A stretch of DNA of 31,411 nucleotides from the NCBI GenBank assembly GCA_017538865.1, contig JAFYIA010000029.1, forward strand, positions 1 through 31,411. Direction: 5' to 3'. Below, piece after piece: positions 16,603 through 27,055 of this stretch (positions are counted from its first letter, which is position 1; each line of letters starts with the position of its first letter). The notes under the pieces are model-generated. The model ran no database searches and was not told the DNA's origin. It worked only from the letters and a program-made list of their open reading frames with translations. A program made the position numbers and the translations under genes. Source of the stretch: Aeriscardovia sp. (GTDB lineage Bacteria > Actinomycetota > Actinomycetes > Actinomycetales > Bifidobacteriaceae).

Positions 16603-17868
16603 TTATAAATTACTGGCTTCTATAACTTTAACTATTAAGCTCAACCTCCAGTCGTTGACCCCTTCGGACCTCAGAAATTCTTCGGCCCCTTCTCCCCGGG
16701 GGGCGATCCAGAAGTACTCCCTCAAAATCCTGGGGCTTATCAAAAACGATGGAGGGATTCCCAGGGGCTCGGCGACCTTCTCCACTCCCTCGCTCGCCTT
16801 TTCTAGGCGCCTCAGCCTCTCAGGATGCCTCCTTTCCCAGATTTTCATGGAGCTCGGCACGGCCGCCCCACGCTTGGACGGGGGCGCGGCGGGGCGGGGG
16901 AGGGAAGAAGGCTTTAAGGCCATGGCCCTGTCGACCGCCTCCTTCCACGTCTTCGGCTTTATCCGATGCTGGAGCGGGATATAGCGGTCGAAAAGCAGGT
17001 CGAGCTCGCAGTTTTTTTCAACCTTCACCCTCTCGGCCGCGCCGGTCTGTCTGAACTCCTTTTCGCTCCTGGGCTTTTTGAGGGCGAGCTCTATTATGGT
17101 CTCATCCTTCAAAACCAGCCCCGGGGCTAGGTCAAGGTCTTTTGCAACCTCTTCCCGGGCTTCCCAGAGCTCCCTGACGACGGCAAGGCCGCGCCGGTCG
17201 GGGCCGAGGGCTGTGATGTTCGACACCCCCCTCCAGGGGTCCCGCCTCTCTTTGCGCTCGCTCCCTTTGCGAAGGATGGTCGAAAACTCCTCTTCGGCCC
17301 ACTCGCCCATCCCCTTTTCCCGCAGGGCCGCTTCTTCGGCCTCTTCCAGGTCGAGCAGGAACTCCACGTCCAGCGCGGCGTAGTTCCTCCAGGGCCTGGG
17401 AAGGGGGCGGAGCGACCAGTCCGCCGTGGCGAACTCTTTTTCCAGGCTCACCCCCAAAAACTCCTCGGTGCACCGGGCAAGGCCCAGGCGCTCGCGGCCC
17501 AAAAACATGCAGGCCACTTGGGTGTCGAAAACGGAAGGCGGCAGGGCGCCCATCTGCACGAAAGCCGGAATGTCTTGAAGGGAATCGTGGAGCACCCATT
17601 TGGGGGCTACAGAGGAAAGCCTGGAAAGGTCGGCGCCGAGGCGCAAAAGCGCGGGGACGTCGAAGAGGAAGATGGGCGTCCCCCGCTTTTTCATCTGCAC
17701 GAGGTAATTTCCGTGCGAGTAGCGGTACATGGCCGCCCTCTCGGCATCCACGGCCACAGGGCCGGGAGCGGACCTGAGGAGCGAAAGGGCCTTTTCAAAG
17801 TCCGAAAGGGAGCTTACGAGGGGAGGGACTCCCCCCTTGGGCTCCCTGACCAGTTTTAAGCAGGGCAT
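16603..17868 (-). CDS. rnd: Ribonuclease D-like 3'-5' exonuclease with HRDC domain
   Basis: VAVDAERA, WVLHDSLQD, FDTQVA, ADWSLRPLP, YAALDVEFL, LWEAREEVAKDLDLAPGLVLKDE. Confidence 0.88.
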   Translation of the reverse strand: MPCLKLVREPKGGVPPLVSSLSDFEKALSLLRSAPGPVAVDAERAAMYRYSHGNYLVQMKKRGTPIFLFDVPALLRLGADLSRLSSVAPKWVLHDSLQDIPAFVQMGALPPSVFDTQVACMFLGRERLGLARCTEEFLGVSLEKEFATADWSLRPLPRPWRNYAALDVEFLLDLEEAEEAALREKGMGEWAEEEFSTILRKGSERKERRDPWRGVSNITALGPDRRGLAVVRELWEAREEVAKDLDLAPGLVLKDETIIELALKKPRSEKEFRQTGAAERVKVEKNCELDLLFDRYIPLQHRIKPKTWKEAVDRAMALKPSSLPRPAAPPSKRGAAVPSSMKIWERRHPERLRRLEKASEGVEKVAEPLGIPPSFLISPRILREYFWIAPRGEGAEEFLRSEGVNDWRLSLIVKVIEASNL

Positions 17869-17871
17869 AAA

Positions 17872-18162
17872 TCAGAAGATGGCCGAAGGCGTATCTTCTT
17901 CCCCCTTGGGATCCTGCTTGATTTTCGCCCTTTCCTCTTCGCTTCCAAGCTCGTCTAGGGAGTCCGGGGCGGCTTCCTCGTCCCAGGACCTGTTTTCCTC
18001 ATCCCACTTGGCGTTGTCCTGGGCCGCCTTTTCAAGGGCGCGCCGGGCCTCCTCTTCAGTGTCATAGGGGCCCATTACATCGAACAAACTCGAGATTCGG
18101 CCGTACTCGACCTTTTTGGTTCTGATGTTAAAGTACCACTTCTTGTCTTCTCCCGGCCACAT
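17872..18162 (-). CDS. Small conserved actinobacterial hypothetical protein
   Basis: WYFN...VEYG...MGPYDTEEEARRALEKA...WDEE pattern; GAGGAG RBS; tightly packed in the operon. Confidence 0.75.
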   Translation of the reverse strand: MWPGEDKKWYFNIRTKKVEYGRISSLFDVMGPYDTEEEARRALEKAAQDNAKWDEENRSWDEEAAPDSLDELGSEEERAKIKQDPKGEEDTPSAIF

Positions 18163-18188
18163 ACGCCCTCCTCGAAATTTGCCGCTAC

Positions 18189-19856
18189 CTACTCAAAAAA
18201 GTGCTGGGTGATGGGGATCTGCCTGTCGTGTTTCAGAGCGCGAAGGGAGACTTTCGGCCCTACGGGGCACTGCCTCCTCTTCCACTCGGCCTTGTCTACC
18301 AGGCCTATGACCTGATCGACTTTGGCCCTGTCGAAGCCGGCGGCCAGCATTTCAGCCCTCCCCTTGTTCTCTTCTATATAGGCGTAGAGGATGGCGTCCA
18401 GAGTCTCGTAGTCGGGAAGGACGTCGCAGTCCTTCTGTCCGGGGTGCAGCTCTGCGCTGGGGGCCTTAGAGAGCATGGACTGGGATATGCAGCCGCCCTT
18501 GGTGTTCTTGTAGGCGGCGATCTTGTAGACCCTGCTCTTGTAGATGTCGCAAATCGGGCTGTAGGCGCCGACCGAATCGCCGTACATGGTGAAATAGCCG
18601 GTGGCGAGTTCGGATTTGTTCGCGCAGTTTATCACGAGCCCGCCGTGCTGGTTGGAGTAGGACATGAGGATCATGCCGCGGATCCTGGAGTGGAGGTTCT
18701 CTTCGGCCCCGTCCTTGAGCCCGAGAGAATCGAAGGCGGAGATGAAGGAGGAAATGGGGATCTCTTCAAACTTGCATCCCAAAGCCTTGGCAAACTCCCT
18801 CGCGTCCTCTTCGGACCTTTCGGAAGTGCAAGGGGAGGGCATGAAGATGCAGGTCACGTTTTCCTTGCCGAAGGCATCGGCCGCCATTTCGGCGCAGAGG
18901 GCGGAATCTATCCCGCCGCTCAGGCCCACGATGGCTTTGTCAAAGCCGTTCTTGAGCCCGTAGTCTTTGAGGCCGAGCACGGAATTGGAGTAGACCTGCT
19001 CGTCCAGGCTCCCCAGCGTCCTGCACACGTTCACGTCTCCCTCTCCGTCTTTGGAGGGGGCGGCCCCCAGATCCCAGAAGACCATGTCCTCCGCGAACTG
19101 GCGCGCCTGGGCCAGAAGGTTTCCTTCTCCGTCCATGACGAAGCTTCCGCCGTCAAAGACCAGGTCGTCCTGTCCGCCCACCTGGTTGACGTACATCAGC
19201 GGGCATCCGAGCTTCGTGCCTTTTTCTACGGCCAGGCCGTAGCGGGTCTTCATCTTCCCCTCGTTGTAGGGGCTGCCGTTCATGGATACGAGGAGGTCGA
19301 TTCCGTCGCCCCTCAGGTCTCCTACGGTGCCGCCTTCCCTCCAGATGTCTTCGCAGATTGCGACTCCGAACTTCTTTCCGAAAAGCTCCACGGTCACGGC
19401 CTTGTCGCCGGGGGCGAAGAGGCGCAGCTCGTCAAAGACGCCGTAGGTGGGCAGGAAGTGCTTGTCGTAGGTGTCGAGGATCTCGCCTTCGTGGAGGATG
19501 AAGAGGCGGTTGTGATCGGTGGCGTACCAGATCTTGCCCTCTTGGGCCTCGAGAGAGCCCAGGCCGAGGGATCCCACGAACACGTAAAGGTCTCCGAGCC
19601 CGTTGTCTTTCAGGGCTGAGGCCAGCTGGCGCGTGGCGTCGGAAGCCTGGTAGCGGAAGGAGTTTTTAAATACCAGATCGTCTATCGGATAGCCTGTCAG
19701 GGTCATTTCCGGAAATACTACTATGTCGGCATCATTGGCCTTGGCCTTCTTGCAGGCCTTCACAACTTTTTCGCAGTTGCCCGCTATGTCCCCTACAAAC
19801 GTGTCTATCTGGGCCATTGCAAAACGCACCGGGCGATTTTCTACAGCCATATCCAT
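18189..19856 (-). CDS. nadE: Glutamine-dependent NAD+ synthetase
   Basis: Nitrilase-like N domain (FPEM, YDKHFLP, AICEDIW) plus synthetase domain (GLSGGIDSA, ENLHSRIRG, NKSE, PSAEL, KAEWKRRQ). Confidence 0.95.
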   Translation of the reverse strand: MDMAVENRPVRFAMAQIDTFVGDIAGNCEKVVKACKKAKANDADIVVFPEMTLTGYPIDDLVFKNSFRYQASDATRQLASALKDNGLGDLYVFVGSLGLGSLEAQEGKIWYATDHNRLFILHEGEILDTYDKHFLPTYGVFDELRLFAPGDKAVTVELFGKKFGVAICEDIWREGGTVGDLRGDGIDLLVSMNGSPYNEGKMKTRYGLAVEKGTKLGCPLMYVNQVGGQDDLVFDGGSFVMDGEGNLLAQARQFAEDMVFWDLGAAPSKDGEGDVNVCRTLGSLDEQVYSNSVLGLKDYGLKNGFDKAIVGLSGGIDSALCAEMAADAFGKENVTCIFMPSPCTSERSEEDAREFAKALGCKFEEIPISSFISAFDSLGLKDGAEENLHSRIRGMILMSYSNQHGGLVINCANKSELATGYFTMYGDSVGAYSPICDIYKSRVYKIAAYKNTKGGCISQSMLSKAPSAELHPGQKDCDVLPDYETLDAILYAYIEENKGRAEMLAAGFDRAKVDQVIGLVDKAEWKRRQCPVGPKVSLRALKHDRQIPITQHFFE

Positions 19857-19957
19857 CTTCTTTCTAACAGACAGATTGCACCTTAACAGGTTAAGTCAGC
19901 AAAAATGGCAGCCCTTCGGGTGTAGTACTGACTACTATATAACAAAAGATCTGGCGA

Positions 19958-22432
19958 TTAATTTCCCAATCCCTCGAACGGGGCGAAAGAATAATGGGAG
20001 AAGACGGCCTGACCCTCGGCGAGGGAGGCCGCGCAGTCCAGGTCGGCGCGGATTGACCAGTCCAGGTCCCCGTCCCCGTCTTTGACTATCTGCCTGCAGC
20101 GCCAAAAGCCGTCCAAAGAGGCCGTAGGCTCTATCTCAAAGTACTTGTCGCTCCTGGCATCCTGGGAAGTGTCTGCAGATTCGTGGTCGGAGTAGAACCC
20201 GTCGAGGGCCTCGTCCCAAGCGCGCACCCCCCAGCCCCAGCGGGCGTCCATTTCCCCGAGCTGTTCGAACTTGTCTAAGGCGATGAGCTCTACGCGCCTG
20301 AAGAGTGCGTTCCTGGCCATGAGCACCAGGCCCTTCCTCTCTTCCATCCAGTCCTTTTTCTCCGAAGCCTCTTCGGGCTCTTCCACTCCCTGTGCGAGGC
20401 TCCCCTCCCTGGCCCACTCGTCCAGGAGGCTGGAATCCACCCCGTCTATCAGGAGCCCGAGCCACGAAGCGATCTCGGCCAGGTGGGGGGTGTAGTACTC
20501 GTCCGGAACAGTGTGGGCCAGGACTTTCCACGCGTCCGAGAGATATCTGAGCAGGATGCCCTCGACCCGGGCTATGGAGCAGCGGGAGACGTACTCGTTG
20601 AAGTTGGAGCAGGTCTCAATCATGTCCCTGAGGATGGATTTGGGGCTGAGGGCGTAGTCTCCAGCCCAGGGCATTTCCCTCTTGTATTCTTCGAAGCTCT
20701 CCTCAAGCTCGTTTTCCAGAGGCTTGGGATAGGTGATGTCCTCGATTTTTTCCATCCTCTCCTCCCACTCGACCCCATCGGCCTTCATTTCGGCTATGGC
20801 CTTGTCTCGGGCCATGTGCTCCTGGGCTCGGAGGATTGGGTCGGGGTCTTCGAGAATGGATTCTATGACCGAGATCAGATCCAGCTCGTAGGAGGGGGAG
20901 TCCCTGTTGAGGAGGGGGAAGGCGGAAAAGAGGAAGGGGGAGAGGGGCTCGTTCAAGGCGAAGTTGTCGGGGACGTCGATCGTGGTCGAGTAAGACCCGT
21001 CCTTCGAGAGCACTATCACGCCGCTCTCTATCAGGGTGGAGAAAATGTCGTCGCTTTGCGAAAGGAGCCGGCTCTTTTGAAGCTCCGTCTGGGCGGAGGC
21101 CTCTATGAGCTCGCAGATCCTCCCCTTGGCGTCCCCGCCCTGCACCACTTCGGCCAATGCCATGGAGTGGCTCACCTTCAAGTGGGGGACGAGGGTCTCG
21201 GAGGGCGAGGAGACGAGCTTTTCAAAAGTGCCCTTGTCCCAGCTGGGGCCCTGGGCGGCCTTTGTGGGAGCCTTCTTTTTCTTCTTCCCCTCCTTCTCTT
21301 TGGCCTCTATTTCTTCGGGCGGGGCCTGGCAGACCACGAGCCCTTCTTTGTCAAAGCCGCTCCGGCCCGCCCGCCCTGCGATCTGGCGAAATTCCCTAAC
21401 CCTGAGGCGCCTGTCTTTAACCCCGTCCCACTTGGCGAGGGAGGTGAAGACGACGGTGTGGATGGGGACGTTTATCCCCACTCCGAGGGTGTCCGTGCCG
21501 CAGATGAGGGGGAGCTTCCCGCTCTGGGCGAGCTGTTCGACGAGGCGACGGTACCTGGGGAGCATGCCGGCATGGTGCACCCCCACTCCCGCGGAGAGGA
21601 GCCGCTTTAGGGTTTTCCCGAAAGCGGTAGTGAACTTTTCCCCCTTTATGGCCTCTTTCACTTCCTCCCTCTTCTCCTTCGAGACTATTCCGAAGTTCAC
21701 GAGGGATTCTGCGTCTTTGAGGGCCGCCTCCTGGGAGGTGTGGACTATGTAGACGGGGTCCAGGCGGTCGGAGACGAGGGATTCTGCAATCTTTTGGATA
21801 GACTCGGCCTCGTAGCGGTACTCGAGAGGGACGGGCCTCGGGGCGTCTCCGATGTATTCGACTTCCCTAGAGGTCCTGCGGCGCAGGGTGGAGATTATTG
21901 CCGAGGGATCCCCCAGGGTGGCGCTCATGAGGAGGAACTGGGCGCTGGGCATGTCGAGGAGGGGCACCTGCCACGCCCAGCCCCGCTGCGCATCCCCATA
22001 GTAGTGGGCCTCGTCCATAATGACGCAGCAGCCCCCCTCGGCCTGGCCCCTCAGGGACTGATTGGCGAGGATCTCGGCCGTGCAGAAGATTATGGGGGCC
22101 CCAGGATCGATTGAGGTGTCTCCAGTGAGCATCCCCACAAAACCCTTGCCGAAAATCGAAAGCCCCTCGAAAAACTTCTCGTTGACCAGGGCCTTTATAG
22201 GGGCGGTGTAGTAGGCCTTCCTGCCCTGGCAAAGGGCCTGGAACATGAAGCCGTAAGCCACGAGGGATTTGCCGGACCCCGTAGGGGTGGCGAGCAGCAG
22301 GTGCGAATCGGAGAGGAGGGTTATCAGGGCCCTCTCCTGGTGTTCCCAGGGCGATCTTCCCCCCATCTTCACCCACTCGAGGTACCTGTCTAAAATCTCC
22401 TCCTCGTCAAAGTCTTCCCCCTTCAAGGGCAA
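19958..22432 (-). CDS. DEAD/DEAH-box (Ski2-like) helicase with DUF3516-type C-terminal domain
   Basis: ATPTGSGKS, YTAPIKALVNEKF, MDEAHYY, MSAT, HHAGMLP, TDTLGVGINVP, QIAGRAGR. Exact start uncertain. Confidence 0.9.
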   Translation of the reverse strand: MPLKGEDFDEEEILDRYLEWVKMGGRSPWEHQERALITLLSDSHLLLATPTGSGKSLVAYGFMFQALCQGRKAYYTAPIKALVNEKFFEGLSIFGKGFVGMLTGDTSIDPGAPIIFCTAEILANQSLRGQAEGGCCVIMDEAHYYGDAQRGWAWQVPLLDMPSAQFLLMSATLGDPSAIISTLRRRTSREVEYIGDAPRPVPLEYRYEAESIQKIAESLVSDRLDPVYIVHTSQEAALKDAESLVNFGIVSKEKREEVKEAIKGEKFTTAFGKTLKRLLSAGVGVHHAGMLPRYRRLVEQLAQSGKLPLICGTDTLGVGINVPIHTVVFTSLAKWDGVKDRRLRVREFRQIAGRAGRSGFDKEGLVVCQAPPEEIEAKEKEGKKKKKAPTKAAQGPSWDKGTFEKLVSSPSETLVPHLKVSHSMALAEVVQGGDAKGRICELIEASAQTELQKSRLLSQSDDIFSTLIESGVIVLSKDGSYSTTIDVPDNFALNEPLSPFLFSAFPLLNRDSPSYELDLISVIESILEDPDPILRAQEHMARDKAIAEMKADGVEWEERMEKIEDITYPKPLENELEESFEEYKREMPWAGDYALSPKSILRDMIETCSNFNEYVSRCSIARVEGILLRYLSDAWKVLAHTVPDEYYTPHLAEIASWLGLLIDGVDSSLLDEWAREGSLAQGVEEPEEASEKKDWMEERKGLVLMARNALFRRVELIALDKFEQLGEMDARWGWGVRAWDEALDGFYSDHESADTSQDARSDKYFEIEPTASLDGFWRCRQIVKDGDGDLDWSIRADLDCAASLAEGQAVFSHYSFAPFEGLGN

Positions 22433-22454
22433 AAAGTAGGAGAGCTTTTCAGCC

Positions 22455-24236
22455 TCACTGCTCGTAATCTACCCCGGCTTCCTTCCTCTGCAGGTCCGTG
22501 ATGGCCGAGGGGGCGCCGGTGAGGAGGTCTTTTCCGGCCCCGAACTTCGGGAAGGCTATGACTTCCCTTATGGTGTCCTTGCCCGTCAAAAGCTCCACGC
22601 ACCTGTCCCAGCCGAAGGCGATTCCGGCGCAGGGAGGGGTGCCGTACCTGAGCGCCTCGAGGAGGAATCCGAACTTTTCCTCGGCCTCCTTCTGGCTTAT
22701 TCCGAGCACCTTGAAGACGCGCTCCTGCACCTTTTGGTCGTGGATCCTGACGGAGCCCCCGCCGATTTCGTTTCCGTTGCACACCATGTCGTAGGCGTCG
22801 GAAAGGACGGATCCGGGATCCGTGTCGAAAGTGTCAAGGAACTCTTCTTTCGGCATGGTGAAGGGATGATGCTCGCTCGTCCACATCCCCTCCCCCACCG
22901 ACACGTCGCCCTCGCTCTTGGCTTCACTCGCCTTCTTGAAGAGGGGGAAGTCCGTAACCCAGAGGAACTTGTACTCGGCGGGATCGAACATATGGCACCT
23001 CTTGGCGATTTCCAGCCTCACGGAGCCCAAAAGCTTTTGGCTGGCGACCTTCTCGCCTGCGGCGAAGAACAGGGCGTCCCCGTCTTTAGCGCCGGAGGCC
23101 TGCATAATCCCGCGCCTCTCCTCTTCGGAGATGTTCTTGGCCACAGGGCCCAGGAGCTCCCCGTCTCTAAAGACTATGTAGGCCAGGCCCTTGGCGCCCC
23201 TCTGCTTGGCCCAGTCCTGCCATGCGTCAAACTGGCGGCGCGGCAGCGAAGCCCCTCCGGGGTACAGGACCGCCCCCACGTACGGGGCCTGGAAGACCCT
23301 GAAGGGAGTGGACTTGAAGAAGGAGGTCAGGTCCTTAAGCTTGTTTTCAAATCGGATGTCGGGCTTGTCGGACCCATACTCGTCCATCGCCCTCTGCCAG
23401 GGGAGCTGCTCAAGCGTCCCGAGGTCTATCCCCCCTACGGCCCACACCTGCCTCATCACGGCTTCGGCCATTGCCATCACGTCCTCTTTGCCGGCGTAGC
23501 CCATCTCGATGTCGAGCTGGGTGAACTCGGGCTGGCGGTCCGCCCTAAAGTCCTCGTCCCTGTAGCACCTGGCGAACTGGTAGTACCTCTCCACCCCGCC
23601 TATCATGAGGAGCTGCTTTAAAAGCTGGGGGGACTGGGGGAGGGCGTACCAGTTCCCGGGGGAAAGCCGGGCGGGCACGAGAAAGTCCCTTGCCCCTTCA
23701 GGGGTGGACTTTATCAGGGTCGGGGTTTCCACCTCCATAAATCCCATGGAGTCTAGCGCTTTCCTGGCCGCCTTGGCCATATCGGAGCGGGTCTGAAGCA
23801 CCCGGTGCATCGCCCCGCGGCGAAGGTCCAGGTACCTGTAGCGCAGCCTCATCTCTTCGGAAGGCAGGTTCAGCTCCCCGCTGTTCTCCAAGGAGGTGGA
23901 GACCTGGAAGGGAAGGGTGGCGGCTTCGGATACGACGTGGATTTCGCTCGCCTCCACCTCCACGTCTCCGTTGGATAGCTTGGAGTTTTCCTCCCCTTCG
24001 GGCCTCTTTCTGACCTTGCCCTCCACCTGGACCACGTCTTCCACTTTCAGCCCCCTGGCCTGCTTTTCGTCGTTTATGACGACCTGCACCAGGCCCGAAG
24101 CGTCCCTGAGGTCTATGAAGGTGACTCCGCCGTGGTCGCGGATCCTGTCCACCCAACCTATAAGGTCCACGCTGGATCCCAGCAGGGCCTTGTCGATTTC
24201 GCCCACCGAGTGCGAGCGGTAATGGGTACTAGTCAC
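22455..24236 (-). CDS. aspS: Aspartate--tRNA ligase, probably non-discriminating (Asp/Asn)
   Basis: [78 protein letters not shown]. Confidence 0.98.
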   Translation of the reverse strand: MTSTHYRSHSVGEIDKALLGSSVDLIGWVDRIRDHGGVTFIDLRDASGLVQVVINDEKQARGLKVEDVVQVEGKVRKRPEGEENSKLSNGDVEVEASEIHVVSEAATLPFQVSTSLENSGELNLPSEEMRLRYRYLDLRRGAMHRVLQTRSDMAKAARKALDSMGFMEVETPTLIKSTPEGARDFLVPARLSPGNWYALPQSPQLLKQLLMIGGVERYYQFARCYRDEDFRADRQPEFTQLDIEMGYAGKEDVMAMAEAVMRQVWAVGGIDLGTLEQLPWQRAMDEYGSDKPDIRFENKLKDLTSFFKSTPFRVFQAPYVGAVLYPGGASLPRRQFDAWQDWAKQRGAKGLAYIVFRDGELLGPVAKNISEEERRGIMQASGAKDGDALFFAAGEKVASQKLLGSVRLEIAKRCHMFDPAEYKFLWVTDFPLFKKASEAKSEGDVSVGEGMWTSEHHPFTMPKEEFLDTFDTDPGSVLSDAYDMVCNGNEIGGGSVRIHDQKVQERVFKVLGISQKEAEEKFGFLLEALRYGTPPCAGIAFGWDRCVELLTGKDTIREVIAFPKFGAGKDLLTGAPSAITDLQRKEAGVDYEQ

Positions 24237-24252
24237 GACTCCTCCTGTCTTT

Positions 24253-25587
24253 CTATTCCCTCACAATGATATCCGCAGCGTACTTGGGATCAGGCTCCCA
24301 GGAGGCGGGATCGGCCTCTTTTTGCTCGCCGGTGCGGATGTCTTTCACTTCTTCCCCTTCGGCCGACACGAACCAGACGTAGGGTATGGAGAGCCTGTCG
24401 GCCCGCTTTATCTGGGCCCCGAGCTTGGAAGCGGAGGGCGACACTTCGCAGGCTATCCCCCTCTCCCTGAGGGTCCTTGCCACTTCGTCGCTCCTCCACC
24501 TCTCCTCTTCGCTCCACACGGCTATGAGGGCCGCGGCGGGAGAAACCCTGTCGGCCCTGGCCTTGGAAAAGAGGTGGGAGAGGAGGCGCGAAACCCCTAT
24601 CGACATCCCCACCCCGGGGTAGGACTGCTTGGGGGTGGAAATCAGATTTTCGTAGCGCCCCCCCGAGCAGATGGATCCGAGGGCAAGATCCTCTTCGAGG
24701 AAGGTCTCGTAGACGCAGCCGGTGTAGTAGTCGAGCCCGCGGGCTATGGCGCAGTCTATGCGCGCCCCCTCAAAGCCCGAGCGGAGGAGGGAGGAAAGCA
24801 CGGCCTCGGCGTCCCTCTCGCCCTCCAGCATCAGATCCCTCTCGGGCGAAGGGCTGTCCACTTTCCACTTGGCCCGGAGCTCTTCCAGCCTCTCGCTCAG
24901 GCGCTCCGGATCCTTCTCCTCTATCTGCGCCAGATCCAGGCAGGCCTCGGCGCCCTTTTCGCCTGCGACTTCCTCCAAAATTTCGCGCGTCTTTCGGACC
25001 CCAAGCTTTCCCAGCTTGTCTATGCGCCGAAGCGTCTCCTCCACGTCCCTTATCCCAATGGCCCTGTAGAAGCCTTCCGAGAGTTTGCGGTTGTTTATGT
25101 GCATGGAGAAGGCCCCCAGGCCCAGCGGGGAGAGGGATTTTAGCGTGTGGCACATGGCCAGCGGGACCTCGTACTCAAAGTGGGCCGGGAGCTCCCCCTG
25201 GGCCACGATGTCGATATCGGCCTGGTAGAACTCGCGGTACCTGCCCCCCTGGGGCCTTTCGCCCCTCCAGACCTTCTGGATCTGGCAGCGGCGGAAGGGG
25301 AAGACCAGCTCCCCCCTCCTCTCCAGCACGTACCTGGCCAGGGGGAGGGTCAAATCGAAGTGAAGGCCGAGGTTCTCCTCCCCGCTCCCGGCTTTGGCGA
25401 GCCTGTAAATCTCTTTTCCGTCACCCTTTTTGATGAGGCTCTCATAGGATTCCACGCCACAGGTCTCAATGTTTATGAACCCGTGGAGCCTGAAGCTTTC
25501 CTCTATCTTTTCCAGGACCCTTTTTTCAATGATTCTTTGCTCGGGGGACCACTCGGGAAAGCCCGACATAGAGTAGGAAGTTGGCAT
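24253..25587 (-). CDS. hisS: Histidine--tRNA ligase
   Basis: [64 protein letters not shown]. Confidence 0.97.
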   Translation of the reverse strand: MPTSYSMSGFPEWSPEQRIIEKRVLEKIEESFRLHGFINIETCGVESYESLIKKGDGKEIYRLAKAGSGEENLGLHFDLTLPLARYVLERRGELVFPFRRCQIQKVWRGERPQGGRYREFYQADIDIVAQGELPAHFEYEVPLAMCHTLKSLSPLGLGAFSMHINNRKLSEGFYRAIGIRDVEETLRRIDKLGKLGVRKTREILEEVAGEKGAEACLDLAQIEEKDPERLSERLEELRAKWKVDSPSPERDLMLEGERDAEAVLSSLLRSGFEGARIDCAIARGLDYYTGCVYETFLEEDLALGSICSGGRYENLISTPKQSYPGVGMSIGVSRLLSHLFSKARADRVSPAAALIAVWSEEERWRSDEVARTLRERGIACEVSPSASKLGAQIKRADRLSIPYVWFVSAEGEEVKDIRTGEQKEADPASWEPDPKYAADIIVRE

Positions 25588-25717
25588 ATTTATATATTAA
25601 GCGCGCATTTGTATAAGGGAGGGGGCGTTTGCAAGCCCCCGGGCGAAACGGGGGCGGCATTCCCCTTGCCCTCTTATAATGAGAGGTATAGCGTCTTCCC
25701 AACTAAAAGGAGCAAAT

Positions 25718-27055
25718 ATGAACGCGCCTGACAAATCCGATGAAGCGGAAGTCCCTTCCGCGCCGAGCCCGGCCCAGGTGGCGAAACAGGCTGTATCCTC
25801 ACCCCTCCACTTCCCGCCCGAGGCCCTGAAGAATGCCGAGAAGTGGGGCCGCGTGGAAGGCGGCTCGGTGTACGTCGACGATGGGGGCGAAGAAAGGGAA
25901 GTCGGCCCGGCCGCGGCGGAGGATCCTTTGGCCTTCTACGCCGCCAAGTACCTCAGGCTCATGGACAAGATCAAGGCCTTCTCCTCTTCCCTCGACGGGG
26001 GGGATCTGAGGAACCGGGACATCTTTTCCAAGCTCAAAGACCTTTCCGCCTCCGTGAAAGACCCCAAAGCCGTCGGGGATATGCAGGCCCTCAGGGCCGC
26101 GTTTGAAGAGGCGAAGGCCAAGGCTGACTCGGTGGTAGAAGAAAACAGGCAGAAGTACTCCGAAGCCATAGCCAAAAGCATAGAAGAGCACCAGAAGATC
26201 GCAGAGGCGGCCGAGGCGCTGGCGGCCTCCATAAACAGCTCCACCAACTGGAAGCAGATGGGCCAGAAATTCCAGGATCTCTTTGAAGAGTGGAAGGCGG
26301 CCCAGTCCGCAGATGCGAAGGGATCGAACAAGGAAGTCGAGGCGTTGTGGACCCGTTTCGCGGCCGCGCGCTCAGAGTTCAACCGCAAGCGCAGGGAGTG
26401 GGTCAAGGCCAAGATCGCCAAGAAGGGCGAAGCGAAGGCGGCCAAGGAAAAGATAGTTGAAAAGGCCGAAGCCCTCTCATCCACCACCGACTGGGCGGCG
26501 GGATCCAAGGCTTTCGCAAAGCTCATGGACGAATGGAAGAAAGCGGGCAGAGCTGACAGGGAAGACGACGACGCCCTTTGGGAAAGGTTCAAAGCAGCAT
26601 CTGACCGCTTCTACGACTCCAGGAACAGGGAAGGTGAAGAAGTGGGAGAAGATGAGAAAAAGAACCTGGAAGCCAAGAGGGCGCTCTTGGAAGAGGCCGA
26701 AAAGCTCGTCCCCATCAAGTCTACAGACGACCTCAAGGAGGTAAAGCGCAAGCTCGAGGCGATAGAGAAAAAGTGGGACGCCATAGGGCGCGTCCCCAGG
26801 GACGAGGTGCGCCGCTGCGAAGAGAGGCTCAAAAAGGTCGAGGATCAGGTCGAGGCCAGCGAGAGGATGGAGTGGAAGAGGACCGATCCCCGGCCTCAGG
26901 AAAGAAAGCAGCTCCTCATCAGCCAGCTCCAGTCCAAGATAGATATGCTCAGCCAGGACATCGACCGCGCCCAGGGCGACGAAAAGAAGAAGCTGGAGGA
27001 AGAAAAGAGAGAGAAGGAAGTCTGGCTAAAGACCCTCCAGGACATGAAGAACTAG
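25718..27055 (+). CDS. DUF349 family coiled-coil protein
   Basis: KWGRVEGGSVYV, three repeats of the W...W...G...E..LW.RF..A...F unit; actinobacterial neighbour of hisS. Start placed at ATG 25718 after AAGGAG. Confidence 0.88.
   Translation: MNAPDKSDEAEVPSAPSPAQVAKQAVSSPLHFPPEALKNAEKWGRVEGGSVYVDDGGEEREVGPAAAEDPLAFYAAKYLRLMDKIKAFSSSLDGGDLRNRDIFSKLKDLSASVKDPKAVGDMQALRAAFEEAKAKADSVVEENRQKYSEAIAKSIEEHQKIAEAAEALAASINSSTNWKQMGQKFQDLFEEWKAAQSADAKGSNKEVEALWTRFAAARSEFNRKRREWVKAKIAKKGEAKAAKEKIVEKAEALSSTTDWAAGSKAFAKLMDEWKKAGRADREDDDALWERFKAASDRFYDSRNREGEEVGEDEKKNLEAKRALLEEAEKLVPIKSTDDLKEVKRKLEAIEKKWDAIGRVPRDEVRRCEERLKKVEDQVEASERMEWKRTDPRPQERKQLLISQLQSKIDMLSQDIDRAQGDEKKKLEEEKREKEVWLKTLQDMKN

Noticed and set aside
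15114-19619. Long plus-strand ORFs antisense to tig (15114..16517) and nadE (18201..19619), and similar shadows over hisS, aspS, def, cdsA and the helicase
   Set aside because: All lie opposite confidently identified genes in GC-rich DNA, where stop codons are rare on the antisense frame.
8719-19960. Genome-wide reassignment of TAA to an amino acid as an explanation for the tsf stop and the uORF stop at 2814
   Set aside because: TAA terminates core genes at their expected ends (lipoprotein 10683, rnd 16603, helicase 19958) and several island genes. Only one core gene has an internal TAA.
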